38,923 nucleotides of DNA, from UHGV virus genome UHGV-0153024; one strand, written 5' to 3'. A model generated the notes under the pieces. It had not been told where the DNA came from, did no database searches, and was given only the letters and a program-made list of their open reading frames with translations. This DNA is from a virus. Positions 1-8,197 of the stretch are shown one piece after another (position 1 is the stretch's first letter; every line of letters begins with the position of its first letter). The position numbers and the translations under genes are program-made.

Positions 1-49
1 TTAGCAAGGTTGTGTACATTTGTACACAATTGCAGAGAGAGGAAATGAC

Positions 50-586
50 ATGCGTCGCGCTAACGATCCGCAACGGCGAGAAAAAATTATCCAGGCCACG
101 CTGGAGGCGGTGAAACTTTACGGAATACATGCTGTTACGCACCGCAAAATTGCTACCCTTGCCGGGGTACCGTTGGGATCGATGACCTACTATTTTTCAG
201 GAATTGATGAGTTGTTGCTGGAGGCGTTCAGCAGTTTTACTGAGATTATGTCCCGGCAATATCAGGCATTTTTTAGCGATGTTAGTGATGCTCAAGGCGC
301 ATGCCAGGCTATCACCGATATGATCTACAGCTCACAGGTTGCAACGCCGGATAATATGGAGCTGATGTACCAGCTCTACGCGCTGGCTAGCCGAAAACCG
401 CTATTAAAAACGGTAATGCAAAACTGGATGCAGCGCAGTCAGCAAACGCTCGAACAATGGTTTGAACCCGGAACCGCCCGCGCGCTTGATGCGTTTATTG
501 AGGGGATGACGCTGCATTTTGTCACCGACCGTAAGCCGCTATCGCGCGAGGAGATTTTGAGGATGGTTGAGAGGGTTGCAGGGTAG
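50..586 (+). CDS. rcdA: TetR-family transcriptional regulator RcdA (YbjK)
   Basis: Track ORF 20..586; TetR-type N-terminal HTH ([33 protein letters not shown]). Start placed at internal Met (MRRANDPQ) giving 178 aa. Recognised from memory as E. coli YbjK/RcdA, consistent with ybjL-ybjM-grxA at the other end of the window. Confidence 0.8.
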   Translation: MRRANDPQRREKIIQATLEAVKLYGIHAVTHRKIATLAGVPLGSMTYYFSGIDELLLEAFSSFTEIMSRQYQAFFSDVSDAQGACQAITDMIYSSQVATPDNMELMYQLYALASRKPLLKTVMQNWMQRSQQTLEQWFEPGTARALDAFIEGMTLHFVTDRKPLSREEILRMVERVAG

Positions 587-605
587 TAGATAAGTTTTAG
601 ATAAC

Positions 606-631
606 AAAAAACCCATTTATGTAAATGGGTT
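606..631 (-). terminator. Stem-loop with T-tract on the minus strand (ACCCATTTA-TG-TAAATGGGT)
   Basis: Perfect 9-bp inverted repeat at 611-630, followed on the minus strand by TTTTTGTT (A-run 606-610 on plus strand). Lies in host DNA just outside attL; may act bidirectionally for rcdA. Confidence 0.4.
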
Positions 632-708
632 AATGGAAACAATAAGTTAGAGTAAAAACAATAAGTTGGGTTGGTGGTCAGTGGTGGTTATTACGGGGTA
701 ATGCCAAC

Positions 709-730
709 CGCTGCCGCCACTTTGTCGCCA
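709..730. repeat. attL core (CGCTGCCGCCACTTTGTCGCCA)
   Basis: Matches 36019-36040 (CGCTGCCGCCATTTTGTCGCCA) at 21 of 22 positions; flanks diverge on both sides; positioned exactly at the expected prophage boundaries. Confidence 0.6.
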
Positions 731-736
731 CTTGTT

Positions 737-1006
737 TTACCTTAGACGCCATGGGCCCCTATCTTCAATCTGTTCGACTAACCCCTCCTCTTCTAGTTCA
801 CGCAATAGTGCAACAACCCAATATTGTTGGTTCGAACTTGTTGCTTTCCGTTTTTCTCCCCAATCGAGGCCGCTTAGACGAAATACCTCAGCTTGCTTAA
901 CGCCGTTGCCGTTTTTTTGGGCATCTGGGTGAGTTTTAAGTACGGATAAAGCCAATTCTTTGGCTCTGTTGCGCAATTCCGCTCCCTGATGCTGAAACTT
1001 ATTCAT
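737..1006 (-). CDS. Hypothetical small protein (89 aa) between attL and int
   Basis: Track ORF; GGAG 8 nt upstream of the ATG on the minus strand; function not recognised. Confidence 0.5.
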   Translation of the reverse strand: MNKFQHQGAELRNRAKELALSVLKTHPDAQKNGNGVKQAEVFRLSGLDWGEKRKATSSNQQYWVVALLRELEEEGLVEQIEDRGPWRLR

Positions 1007-1064
1007 TGATAGTGCTCCAAAAAAAAAAAAAGAATATTAGCTCAACAGGGCAAAATACGCATTT

Positions 1065-2096
1065 TCAAAAACTTGCTATTGATGTTGGTAGTGTTGCCAG
1101 CGGATTAAACCGTAGTGCAGTTTCCAGGTGATCCGGTGCCAGATGTGCGTAACGCATAGTCATTTTTATATCGTGATGCCCGAGAATTTTTTGTAAGGCC
1201 AGGATATTTCCACCCGACATCATGAAGTGCGCCGCAAACGTATGGCGCAGAACGTGTGTCAGTTGACCGCGAGGGAGCACGATAGACGTTTTTTCCATCA
1301 CGGATAAAAATTGAAAATAGCAGTCTGTAAAGAAATTGAACCCATCAAGCGCCATGATCTCTTCGTAAAGCTCTTTACTGATAGGGATGCTTCTGTTTTT
1401 CTTCCCCTTCGTTCTTACAAAGGTAATTCGGTATTTGGTCACCTGTGAGCGGGTAAGATTTACGGCTTCACGCCAACGTGCGCCTGTGCTTAAGCATATC
1501 TTAACTACCAGTGCCAGAATTGGGTCCTGACGTTTGCAATCAGCCAGCAATTCAACAATCTGCTCATGGGTAAGCCATGCCATCTCTTTTTCTGCAATGG
1601 TGAATTTTCGCATGTTCTCCAGTGGGTTCGGATACGACCATTCGCCCAGGCGGGATAGTTCGCTAAAAACACTACTTAGATAGCTTTGCTCCAGGTTAAT
1701 GGTGACCGGGCTTGCTCCTTTCTTCCATTTCTCGCTGAAGTAGATCTCACCTGTCAGGCGTTTATCTCGATAGTGGGCAAACATTTTAGATGTGAGATCA
1801 GTTGCAAGGGGATTGCCCAGAGCGTCAACCATCAGCAGCAATTTGTCATAGACATGCTGCCCAGCAGTCAGTGATTTACCATGTAGTTTGAACCATAGCT
1901 CAACCACGTCTTTCAGTGTTCGACGATCTACTGATTCACCCAGCCAGGGCTTTGCTTCGGTTTCTTCCATCGTGTGACGCTCAAAAGCCAGAGCTTCGCC
2001 TTTGGTGGCGAATTGTTTACGCACACGACGCCCACTTCGTCCGGCGGGGTAACATTCGCAAAGCCATTTCCCTGTGGTGAGTTTTCGTACTGCCAT
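1065..2096 (-). CDS. int: Tyrosine integrase (phage integrase family)
   Basis: 343-aa ORF; C-terminal catalytic region with R...HxxR...Y pattern (LTHVLRHTFAAHF, HHDIKMTMRYAHLAPDH); at the prophage end next to att, as in P2. Confidence 0.9.
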   Translation of the reverse strand: MAVRKLTTGKWLCECYPAGRSGRRVRKQFATKGEALAFERHTMEETEAKPWLGESVDRRTLKDVVELWFKLHGKSLTAGQHVYDKLLLMVDALGNPLATDLTSKMFAHYRDKRLTGEIYFSEKWKKGASPVTINLEQSYLSSVFSELSRLGEWSYPNPLENMRKFTIAEKEMAWLTHEQIVELLADCKRQDPILALVVKICLSTGARWREAVNLTRSQVTKYRITFVRTKGKKNRSIPISKELYEEIMALDGFNFFTDCYFQFLSVMEKTSIVLPRGQLTHVLRHTFAAHFMMSGGNILALQKILGHHDIKMTMRYAHLAPDHLETALRFNPLATLPTSIASF

Positions 2097-2101
2097 AAAA
2101 A

Positions 2102-2121
2102 AGCCCTCATGTCAGAGGGCT
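2102..2121 (-). terminator. GC-rich hairpin (AGCCCTC-loop-GAGGGCT) with short T-run, ending 5 nt before the int start codon
   Basis: 7-bp stem; on the minus strand it is followed by TTTTT and then the int ATG (2096-2094). A second hairpin (2152-2177, ATGTATGG/CCATACAT) and the palindrome TGACCAGTGGTCA (2139-2151) lie between it and the stop of the upstream membrane-protein gene. Confidence 0.45.
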
Positions 2122-2176
2122 AAATTAAACTGTATGTTTGACCAGTGGTCAATGTATGGTTTGTGAAATCCATACA

Positions 2177-2707
2177 TTACCTTAATTTATCAAGCTCTCG
2201 TTTATTTCTTTTATCATGTATATCATTAAGAAATAATATATTACTAGCAATGATACTAAATAACGCTATTATTTGTAGATATACTAATAACGCTGTGATA
2301 AAAAATCCAAACTTGCAGAACACGTGCTTATGCAAGGAAATGAAATCCAGATTTGAAAATATAGGTTTCGTTAAATTTATTATAACAATAGAAAATATTA
2401 CAATAGCTGAAATTATAATGGTTTTCACTATCAGCGTAATTCGCTCAATATCTTTTTCTGTTTCCTTATGATAGTTTATACTAGTTATTGTTGATGGCTT
2501 TACAATTGAACTTACAGCTGCAGGGTAAATATATGCAAGCCAAATACCTGCAATAGTGAAGATCATTGCAGAAATGTTTTGCAAGGTAGATAAAATATCT
2601 TTTATATCTGCATACGTATATTTGTCTCCGAACAAATAAGCAATAGCTATAATTGTTAGGAGAAAACATATGTGCAAAATTTTAGGTTTTATAATCATAC
2701 TATGCAC
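2177..2707 (-). CDS. Small integral membrane protein (176 aa, about four predicted TM helices); candidate RexB-like effector
   Basis: Four hydrophobic segments (ILHICFLLTIIAIAYLF; AMIFTIAGIWLAYIYPAAV; ITLIVKTIIISAIVIFSIVIINL; FGFFITALLVYLQIIALFSIIASNILFL); very AT-rich; start overlaps the upstream 400-aa gene by 8 nt. Confidence 0.6.
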   Translation of the reverse strand: MHSMIIKPKILHICFLLTIIAIAYLFGDKYTYADIKDILSTLQNISAMIFTIAGIWLAYIYPAAVSSIVKPSTITSINYHKETEKDIERITLIVKTIIISAIVIFSIVIINLTKPIFSNLDFISLHKHVFCKFGFFITALLVYLQIIALFSIIASNILFLNDIHDKRNKRELDKLR

Positions 2708-3902
2708 CTATTTTATGAATCTGCACTGCTGTATCATTATCAGCTTCTGGTTGTTCTATTATATCTTCATTTTTAAAACAATTCACCAAATCATTTCTAT
2801 GAGCTTTTACCACACTCATTAAATATGAAGAAGAGTAATGTTTGTTTCTGTTAGAAAGGTCAACGTGAATTTCATGGCGATAAACATATTCATCTAACCA
2901 AGTAGTTGAACCATTTTTCCCATTTATTTTGAATCCGATGCGTGCGTGATCATTCCCTACATTCTCATTGTTGTTTTCTGTATCTTCTGAAATAGGATTG
3001 TGGTTTTCTATATATTCATCGATGAGTTTAGTGAACTCTTCAGGCGTAGGCGTTCCTTCGACTAATAATTCAACGCGATGTTTTTTTGATAAAATAGGAG
3101 AGCTTCTTGAGAAAACATCTCCAACTGCATCAAATAACTTCTGCCATTTTTCCCGTGTATCAGGTATGTTTGTTTCTATTACGTCATGGTAAACAATGTG
3201 AGTGATTTTTTTACACAGTTCTTCTATGTTTGCTCCACTCGTGATCATCCTTGTTTGTTTAGTCTGTACTTTAAAAACTAAACTTTCATCATCACCTTGA
3301 GAAAAAAGAACACGTTTGTAATGAACGTCTTCAGGTGAGTCATTACGAGGACGAGTCATATCTATGACTTTTTTATTAGGATGCTCCATCCTAAAGTCAA
3401 CGTATGCTTTAATATAATGACAGAAAAGATCTGTATCCGTATTAGAACTTGGGAATCGTATGGATGCAATTTTGTTATATTCTGGAATTACCCAATAGTA
3501 GCAAGGTACGCCCCAGATATATTTACCGCCACCTTGAGTATCAGAGGCGGATACAACATTATCTGAAGTGCCGTCAATCTTACTTTCAGCATCTATACCT
3601 TGAATATTTCCAGAGTTATCACCAAGCGTTTTCCAGATAACAAATAGATAATCTCCTGTCGTACTGTCATATGAAATATTTTTACAGTATGCTTTTGTTC
3701 TTCTATTATTATCCTTTCCCCATGGAACAGATTGTTCAACTGTTCTTGAACAGATCCAGCTATGTAAGTTACACAGAACATGGGATAAGTTCTTTTCGAC
3801 TAATTCCGGCGATTTGCCTTGTCGTATTTTATAAAGGCCAAACATTTCTAAATCAAAAAATGTTATAATGCCGCGTTCAGTTTTAAAGTTGGTTTTACTC
3901 AT
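2700..3902 (-). CDS. Hypothetical protein (400 aa), first gene of the repressor-linked cargo operon
   Basis: Long AT-rich ORF directly downstream of, and co-oriented with, the CI-like repressor; purine-rich RBS (GAAGAGAAG) upstream of the ATG; no recognisable catalytic motif by eye. Confidence 0.65.
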   Translation of the reverse strand: MSKTNFKTERGIITFFDLEMFGLYKIRQGKSPELVEKNLSHVLCNLHSWICSRTVEQSVPWGKDNNRRTKAYCKNISYDSTTGDYLFVIWKTLGDNSGNIQGIDAESKIDGTSDNVVSASDTQGGGKYIWGVPCYYWVIPEYNKIASIRFPSSNTDTDLFCHYIKAYVDFRMEHPNKKVIDMTRPRNDSPEDVHYKRVLFSQGDDESLVFKVQTKQTRMITSGANIEELCKKITHIVYHDVIETNIPDTREKWQKLFDAVGDVFSRSSPILSKKHRVELLVEGTPTPEEFTKLIDEYIENHNPISEDTENNNENVGNDHARIGFKINGKNGSTTWLDEYVYRHEIHVDLSNRNKHYSSSYLMSVVKAHRNDLVNCFKNEDIIEQPEADNDTAVQIHKIGA

Positions 3903-3982
3903 TGTTATTGCTTCTCTTCACCTTTTAAATCTTTCGCTTAATATAATCACTTCTATTAGAATGACATTTGTTGAATGTCACT

Positions 3983-4864
3983 TTAATTCGAAATGATTGT
4001 GCTTCTTATGCATGCAACTACCTCGATATCAGAAAATGCACATTCAAAGTAAGTTTCTTTACTTCTGATATTTATCATACCTTTAGGTAGCCTAGTAATT
4101 TGTCTGACGGAATAGGTTCCATCAATATTAATTAACCAGTATCCATCTAATACATCAGAAAATTTCTGATCACAGATGTATGCCACTAAACCATCCTGAA
4201 CGACAATTGGTGCTGAAAGATTAGCGGGTAAAAATGACGAATCGAAAATATATGAGCCACTCTCAACCATTTTGCCTGCATTGAGATGAAATTTAGGCAG
4301 TTCTTTTACCGATGTTGTGAGAGCATTGTGCTCGCTGCCTTGTCCAGTGGCTAGCCATAAAAGAGAATTTCCTGTTTCCAACGAACATTTTATGATCCAA
4401 TCAGCCGGGAATGTGTCTCGCAAATATCTATTTGCCATAGTGCTTTTAGATACATTCAGATGGTCGGCAAGTTCTTGTCTTGTTTTAAAGCCATACGCTT
4501 TCATTAGCCTGTCTATTGCATCACGTCCGCCTGAGTCAAAATTCAGATCGTTCCCAATTGGGGACTTCAGGGTGGTGGCTTGGGAAACGTGCTGAACCTT
4601 TGATGCAGTTGCCTTTGACATGACCGGAGCCTCAGTACTCTGAGGGAATGGTACGCCTTTTCCGAATGAGAGCCACTCGATAGATGCACCCGTTTCAATT
4701 GCACACTGAATTACCCAGTCAGCAGGAAATACGTCACGCATCCAGCGCGTGCCCATAGTGCTTGCAGATACGTTGAACTGTTCGCACAGAGCTTGCCTTG
4801 TCTTGAATCCATACGCTTCAAGCATGCGCGTTATGACTGCTTGTCCTCCGTTTTTGAAATTCAT
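3983..4864 (-). CDS. CI-like immunity repressor with tandem-duplicated N-terminal DNA-binding domain
   Basis: 293 aa; two similar ~60-aa segments (MLEAYGFKTRQALCEQFNVSASTMGTRWMRDVFPADWVIQCAIETGASIEWL and LMKAYGFKTRQELADHLNVSKSTMANRYLRDTFPADWIIKCSLETGNSLLWL) resembling the phage 186 CI-type HTH; divergent from the Apl/Cox-like gene. Confidence 0.75.
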   Translation of the reverse strand: MNFKNGGQAVITRMLEAYGFKTRQALCEQFNVSASTMGTRWMRDVFPADWVIQCAIETGASIEWLSFGKGVPFPQSTEAPVMSKATASKVQHVSQATTLKSPIGNDLNFDSGGRDAIDRLMKAYGFKTRQELADHLNVSKSTMANRYLRDTFPADWIIKCSLETGNSLLWLATGQGSEHNALTTSVKELPKFHLNAGKMVESGSYIFDSSFLPANLSAPIVVQDGLVAYICDQKFSDVLDGYWLINIDGTYSVRQITRLPKGMINIRSKETYFECAFSDIEVVACIRSTIISN

Positions 4865-4890
4865 TTATTACGCCTTTGAGTAATTTTTGG

Positions 4891-4919
4891 TTGACACTTC
4901 TCAAATGAAGAATTAGTGT
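4891..4919 (+). promoter_or_regulatory. Candidate rightward early promoter (TTGACA-17 nt-TAGTGT) in the cI/apl intergenic region
   Basis: Perfect -35 hexamer TTGACA at 4891-4896, 17-nt spacer, weak -10 TAGTGT at 4914-4919, about 70 nt upstream of the Apl/Cox-like start. Confidence 0.4.
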
Positions 4920-4989
4920 GTGCGAAAGTGAACTGAACAGGATTAATCACCAGTTACCACACATCTTGTTAAACGAGGAATCTTGCATC

Positions 4990-5211
4990 ATGGCTCCACA
5001 TATTTCAATCACCTTAGCTGTCCCATCTGTTTCTATTGAGAAATACAGTGAACTGACTGGGTTATCTATCGATACTATCAATGACATGCTGGCTGATGGA
5101 CGCCTTATTCGCCATCGTCTCCGTAAAGATAAAAAGCGAGAAAAGGTAATGATCAATATCGCAGCAATGACCGTTGATGCGCTCTCTGAATGCAATTTGA
5201 GTATTAACTAG
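4990..5211 (+). CDS. Apl/Cox-like excisionase / transcriptional regulator
   Basis: 73-aa ORF (internal start in track ORF 4918..5211), divergent from CI, as cox is in P2 and apl in 186. Confidence 0.55.
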   Translation: MAPHISITLAVPSVSIEKYSELTGLSIDTINDMLADGRLIRHRLRKDKKREKVMINIAAMTVDALSECNLSIN

Positions 5212-5243
5212 TTCCATTTTGGGATACATCAGGGGTATCGACT

Positions 5244-5753
5244 ATGTTTGATTACCAAGTTTCCAAACATCCACATTTTGATGAAGCCTGTCGAGTATTC
5301 GCACTGCGCCACAACCTGGTGCAACTGGCAGAACGTGCAGGCATGAATGTGCAGATTCTGCGGAACAAGCTGAACCCAGCTCAACCTCATTTATTAACCG
5401 CACCAGATATCTGGCTACTTACCGATCTGACTGAAGATTCAACGCTGGTAGACGGTTTTCTGGCACAGATTCATTGTCTGCCATGTGTACCGATTAATGA
5501 GGTGGCAAAAGAGAAACTGCCACATTACGTCATGAGTGCAACCGCAGAGATCGGGCGTGTTGCTGCAGGTGCGGTATCTGGCGATGTAAAAACCAGTGCA
5601 GGCCGTCGCGAAGCTATCAGCAGCATTAACTCTGTAACACGACTGATGGCGTTGGCCGCTGTTTCATTGCAGGCCCGTTTACAGGCTAACCCTGCGATGG
5701 CGAGTGCAGTTGATACCGTGACTGGCCTCGGTGCTTCATTTGGTTTGCTGTGA
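5244..5753 (+). CDS. cII: Phage regulatory protein CII (186 CII-like)
   Basis: 169 aa, the same length as phage 186 CII, and strongly reminiscent of it from memory ([11 protein letters not shown]...[25 protein letters not shown]). Confidence 0.7.
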   Translation: MFDYQVSKHPHFDEACRVFALRHNLVQLAERAGMNVQILRNKLNPAQPHLLTAPDIWLLTDLTEDSTLVDGFLAQIHCLPCVPINEVAKEKLPHYVMSATAEIGRVAAGAVSGDVKTSAGRREAISSINSVTRLMALAAVSLQARLQANPAMASAVDTVTGLGASFGLL

Positions 5754-5760
5754 GGTGCTT

Positions 5761-6057
5761 ATGCTGACGAAAGAACCATCATTTGCATCGCTGCTGGTAA
5801 AACAAAGCCCGGCAATGCACTACGGTCACGGCTGGATCACGGGTGAGGATGGAAAACGCTGGCATCCATGTCATTCACAAGATGAATTGCTGTCTGAATT
5901 GACCACGAGGAAACGGAGAAAGTCCAAATGTATGCGGCAGAAAGTGAAGTGGTTTATCAGTTTCGTTACAGAGGGGAGAGTTATTCAGTACCTGAAGATG
6001 ATTTGCTCTGTTGCTATCCGTCATTGTCGGGCGATGGCAGTTACTTTTTCACGTTAA
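5761..6057 (+). CDS. Hypothetical early protein (uncertain)
   Basis: ATG at 5761 preceded by GAGGTG; overlaps the next ORF by about 130 nt in another frame. Confidence 0.3.
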   Translation: MLTKEPSFASLLVKQSPAMHYGHGWITGEDGKRWHPCHSQDELLSELTTRKRRKSKCMRQKVKWFISFVTEGRVIQYLKMICSVAIRHCRAMAVTFSR

Positions 6058-6152
6058 AGGATGGGACGTTTTTACGGGGAGAGCAGGTTAAAGAGACGAT
6101 ACGAAAAAATGTATCTCCTCTTGAACGTTACCGTAAGAACAAAGAACGATAG
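5928..6152 (+). CDS. Hypothetical early protein (74 aa)
   Basis: ATG preceded by GGAGAAAG at good spacing; plausible amino-acid composition. Confidence 0.45.
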   Translation: MYAAESEVVYQFRYRGESYSVPEDDLLCCYPSLSGDGSYFFTLKDGTFLRGEQVKETIRKNVSPLERYRKNKER

Positions 6153-6174
6153 CTGCGTTTGGGGGATATGAAGT

Positions 6175-6516
6175 ATGGCAATTAATGGCGCTGCAGCAAC
6201 TGTTCCATTAAGCCCCGGTGAACGCCTGAATGGACTTAATCATATCGCGGAGTTAAGGGCGAAAGTTTTTGGCCTTAATATTGAGTCAGAGCTTGAGCGG
6301 TTTATTAAAGATATGCGTGATCCACGGGATATTAATAGCGAGCAAAATAAACGGGCACTGGCTGCCATATTCTTTATGGCAAAAATTCCAGCTGAACGTC
6401 ATAGCATCAGCATTAATGAGCTGACCACTGACGAAAAGCGGGAGTTGATTAAAGCAATGAATCATTTTCGTGCAGTGGTGAGCTTATTTCCCAGACGGTT
6501 AACCATGCCGAATTAA
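6175..6516 (+). CDS. Hypothetical early protein (113 aa)
   Basis: Track ORF in the early operon; function not recognised. Confidence 0.55.
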   Translation: MAINGAAATVPLSPGERLNGLNHIAELRAKVFGLNIESELERFIKDMRDPRDINSEQNKRALAAIFFMAKIPAERHSISINELTTDEKRELIKAMNHFRAVVSLFPRRLTMPN

Positions 6517-6577
6517 CCAACTAATGAAATTAATGGCGTAAACCCGCCGGGCATCCCTTTATCTAAATTCAGGAGAA

Positions 6578-6817
6578 TTGATTATGCATAATATTGAAAC
6601 CCTCACGACTAAAACCGGACCGGATGATGCAGGGCTTAATATTTTACTGACAGAGGCCCGTCTGGAAGAACGCCGGGCAAGGGCTGAAGCAATGGCAGCT
6701 CGCCTTGATAGCCTGGCGTGTCATATCACATCCCGCCAACTAAACCACGTCGAAGCGGCAGAACTGTTGCGTGTAACTGCTGAAGCAATCCAGAACGAAG
6801 CGCAGGAGATCCACTAA
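6578..6817 (+). CDS. Hypothetical early protein (79 aa)
   Basis: Track ORF; AGGAG upstream of the ATG; stop overlaps the next start. Confidence 0.5.
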   Translation: MIMHNIETLTTKTGPDDAGLNILLTEARLEERRARAEAMAARLDSLACHITSRQLNHVEAAELLRVTAEAIQNEAQEIH

Positions 6818-7044
6818 TGGCTGATGCAATGGATCTCGTACAGCAGCGCGTTGAAGAAGAACTCCAGCGCCATATTCGTGCTGCCCGTGCCAAAACACCG
6901 GGCGTGTCTCGCGTGCTTTGTATTGAATGTGAAGCGCCAATTCCGCCAGCACGACGCCGTGCCATTCCGGGTGTGCAGCTTTGCATTACCTGCCAGGAAA
7001 TCGCAGAACTGAAAGGCAAACATTACAACGGAGGTGCTGTATGA
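6817..7044 (+). CDS. TraR/DksA-family C4 zinc-finger protein
   Basis: 75 aa with CxxC-N17-CxxC ([26 protein letters not shown]). Confidence 0.7.
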   Translation: MADAMDLVQQRVEEELQRHIRAARAKTPGVSRVLCIECEAPIPPARRRAIPGVQLCITCQEIAELKGKHYNGGAV

Positions 7045-7343
7045 CAAGGGCAGTGCGTATCCATCAATTAAAAATTGCACCTAAGTATTTCAACGCTGTG
7101 GTTGCAGGTCAAAAGACGGCTGAACTTCGTAAAGACGATCGTGGCTATAAAGTTGGTGATGTTCTTTCTCTTTGTGAATGGAAGCATGGCGTATTTACGG
7201 GTAAGGAATGGGCCGCTGTTATCTCTCATGTGCTTCCTGTTAATGACGTCATGGCAGTTTCAGAACAATGGGTGATGCTATCAATTCGCCCATTAACCCC
7301 ATTAGAAGCTTTAGGATATGTTATTGCAGGAGGTGCTGTATGA
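7041..7343 (+). CDS. ASCH/DUF3850-like small protein
   Basis: ATG at 7041 (start overlaps the TraR-like stop); 100 aa. Confidence 0.55.
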   Translation: MTRAVRIHQLKIAPKYFNAVVAGQKTAELRKDDRGYKVGDVLSLCEWKHGVFTGKEWAAVISHVLPVNDVMAVSEQWVMLSIRPLTPLEALGYVIAGGAV

Positions 7344-8197
7344 GCACCATCCTGAAATGGGCGGGTAATAAAACCGCCATTATGTCCGAACTGAAAAAAT
7401 ACCTTCCTGCTGGCCCGCGACTGGTTGAACCTTTCGCGGGTTCTTGTGCTGTGATGATGGCGACGGATTACCCCAGCTATCTGGTTGCGGATATTAATCC
7501 TGATTTAATCAACCTCTATAAAAAGATTGCCGCTGATTGCGAAGCGTTTATATCTCGTGCCAGAGTTTTATTTGAGGAAGCAAACAGTGAGCTGGCTTAT
7601 TACAACATAAGACAGGAGTTTAATTACTCAACTGAAATTACTGATTTCATGAAGGCGATATATTTCCTGTATCTCAATCGTCACGGTTACCGTGGTTTAT
7701 GTCGCTATAACAAGAGCGGGCATTTCAACATTCCCTACGGTAATTATAAAAATCCGTATTTCCCTGAAAAAGAAATTCGCGCATTTGCAGAGAAAGCCCC
7801 GCGGGCAACGTTTATCTGCGCCAGCTTTGATGAAACGCTGGCGATGTTGAAGGCGGGGGATGTGGTGTATTGCGATCCGCCTTATGACGGTACGTTTTCC
7901 GGCTATCACACTGATGGTTTCACTGAAGATGACCAGTATCACCTGGCATCCGTTCTTGAACATCGATCATCTGAAGGTCATCCGGTCATTGTTTCTAACA
8001 GTGACACATCCCTGATTCGTTCGCTGTATCGCAATTTCACTCACCACTACATCAAGGCAAAACGCAGCATCGGCGTGTCGGCTGGCGAGAGTAAATCTGC
8101 AACAGAAATCATTGCTGTTTCCGGGGCGCGCTGCTGGATGGGATTTGATCCTTCGCGTGGCGTGGATAGTTCTGCTGTGTACGAGGTGCGTGTATGA
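7340..8197 (+). CDS. DNA adenine methyltransferase (Dam-like, N6-adenine)
   Basis: SAM-binding motif (EPFAGSCAV) and catalytic DPPY motif (VYCDPPYDG); start [11 protein letters not shown]. Confidence 0.85.
   Translation: MSTILKWAGNKTAIMSELKKYLPAGPRLVEPFAGSCAVMMATDYPSYLVADINPDLINLYKKIAADCEAFISRARVLFEEANSELAYYNIRQEFNYSTEITDFMKAIYFLYLNRHGYRGLCRYNKSGHFNIPYGNYKNPYFPEKEIRAFAEKAPRATFICASFDETLAMLKAGDVVYCDPPYDGTFSGYHTDGFTEDDQYHLASVLEHRSSEGHPVIVSNSDTSLIRSLYRNFTHHYIKAKRSIGVSAGESKSATEIIAVSGARCWMGFDPSRGVDSSAVYEVRV

Noticed and set aside
603-615. 13-bp identity (AACAAAAAACCCA) shared between 603-615 and 36096-36108, considered as an extension of the att repeat
   Set aside because: Both copies are the A-rich lead-in of separate terminator hairpins that diverge immediately afterwards, and they lie at different distances from the att core; most likely convergent terminator sequence rather than duplication.
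637-667. Tandem 12-bp direct repeat AAACAATAAGTT (637-648 and 656-667)
   Set aside because: Short and on the host side of attL; could be an IHF or arm-type site but there is no supporting evidence, so it is not reported as a feature.
586-737. Looked for a tRNA or tmRNA gene at the attachment site, a common integration target for P2-like phages
   Set aside because: No tRNA-like features (no T-arm GGTTCGAATCC-type motif or acceptor stem) at either boundary; the att core is a plain intergenic 22-mer.
6981-7040. N-terminal extension of the ASCH-like ORF (track start 6981)
   Set aside because: The extension overlaps the TraR-like gene in another frame and translates to an Arg/Cys-rich peptide; the ATG at 7041 is the credible start.
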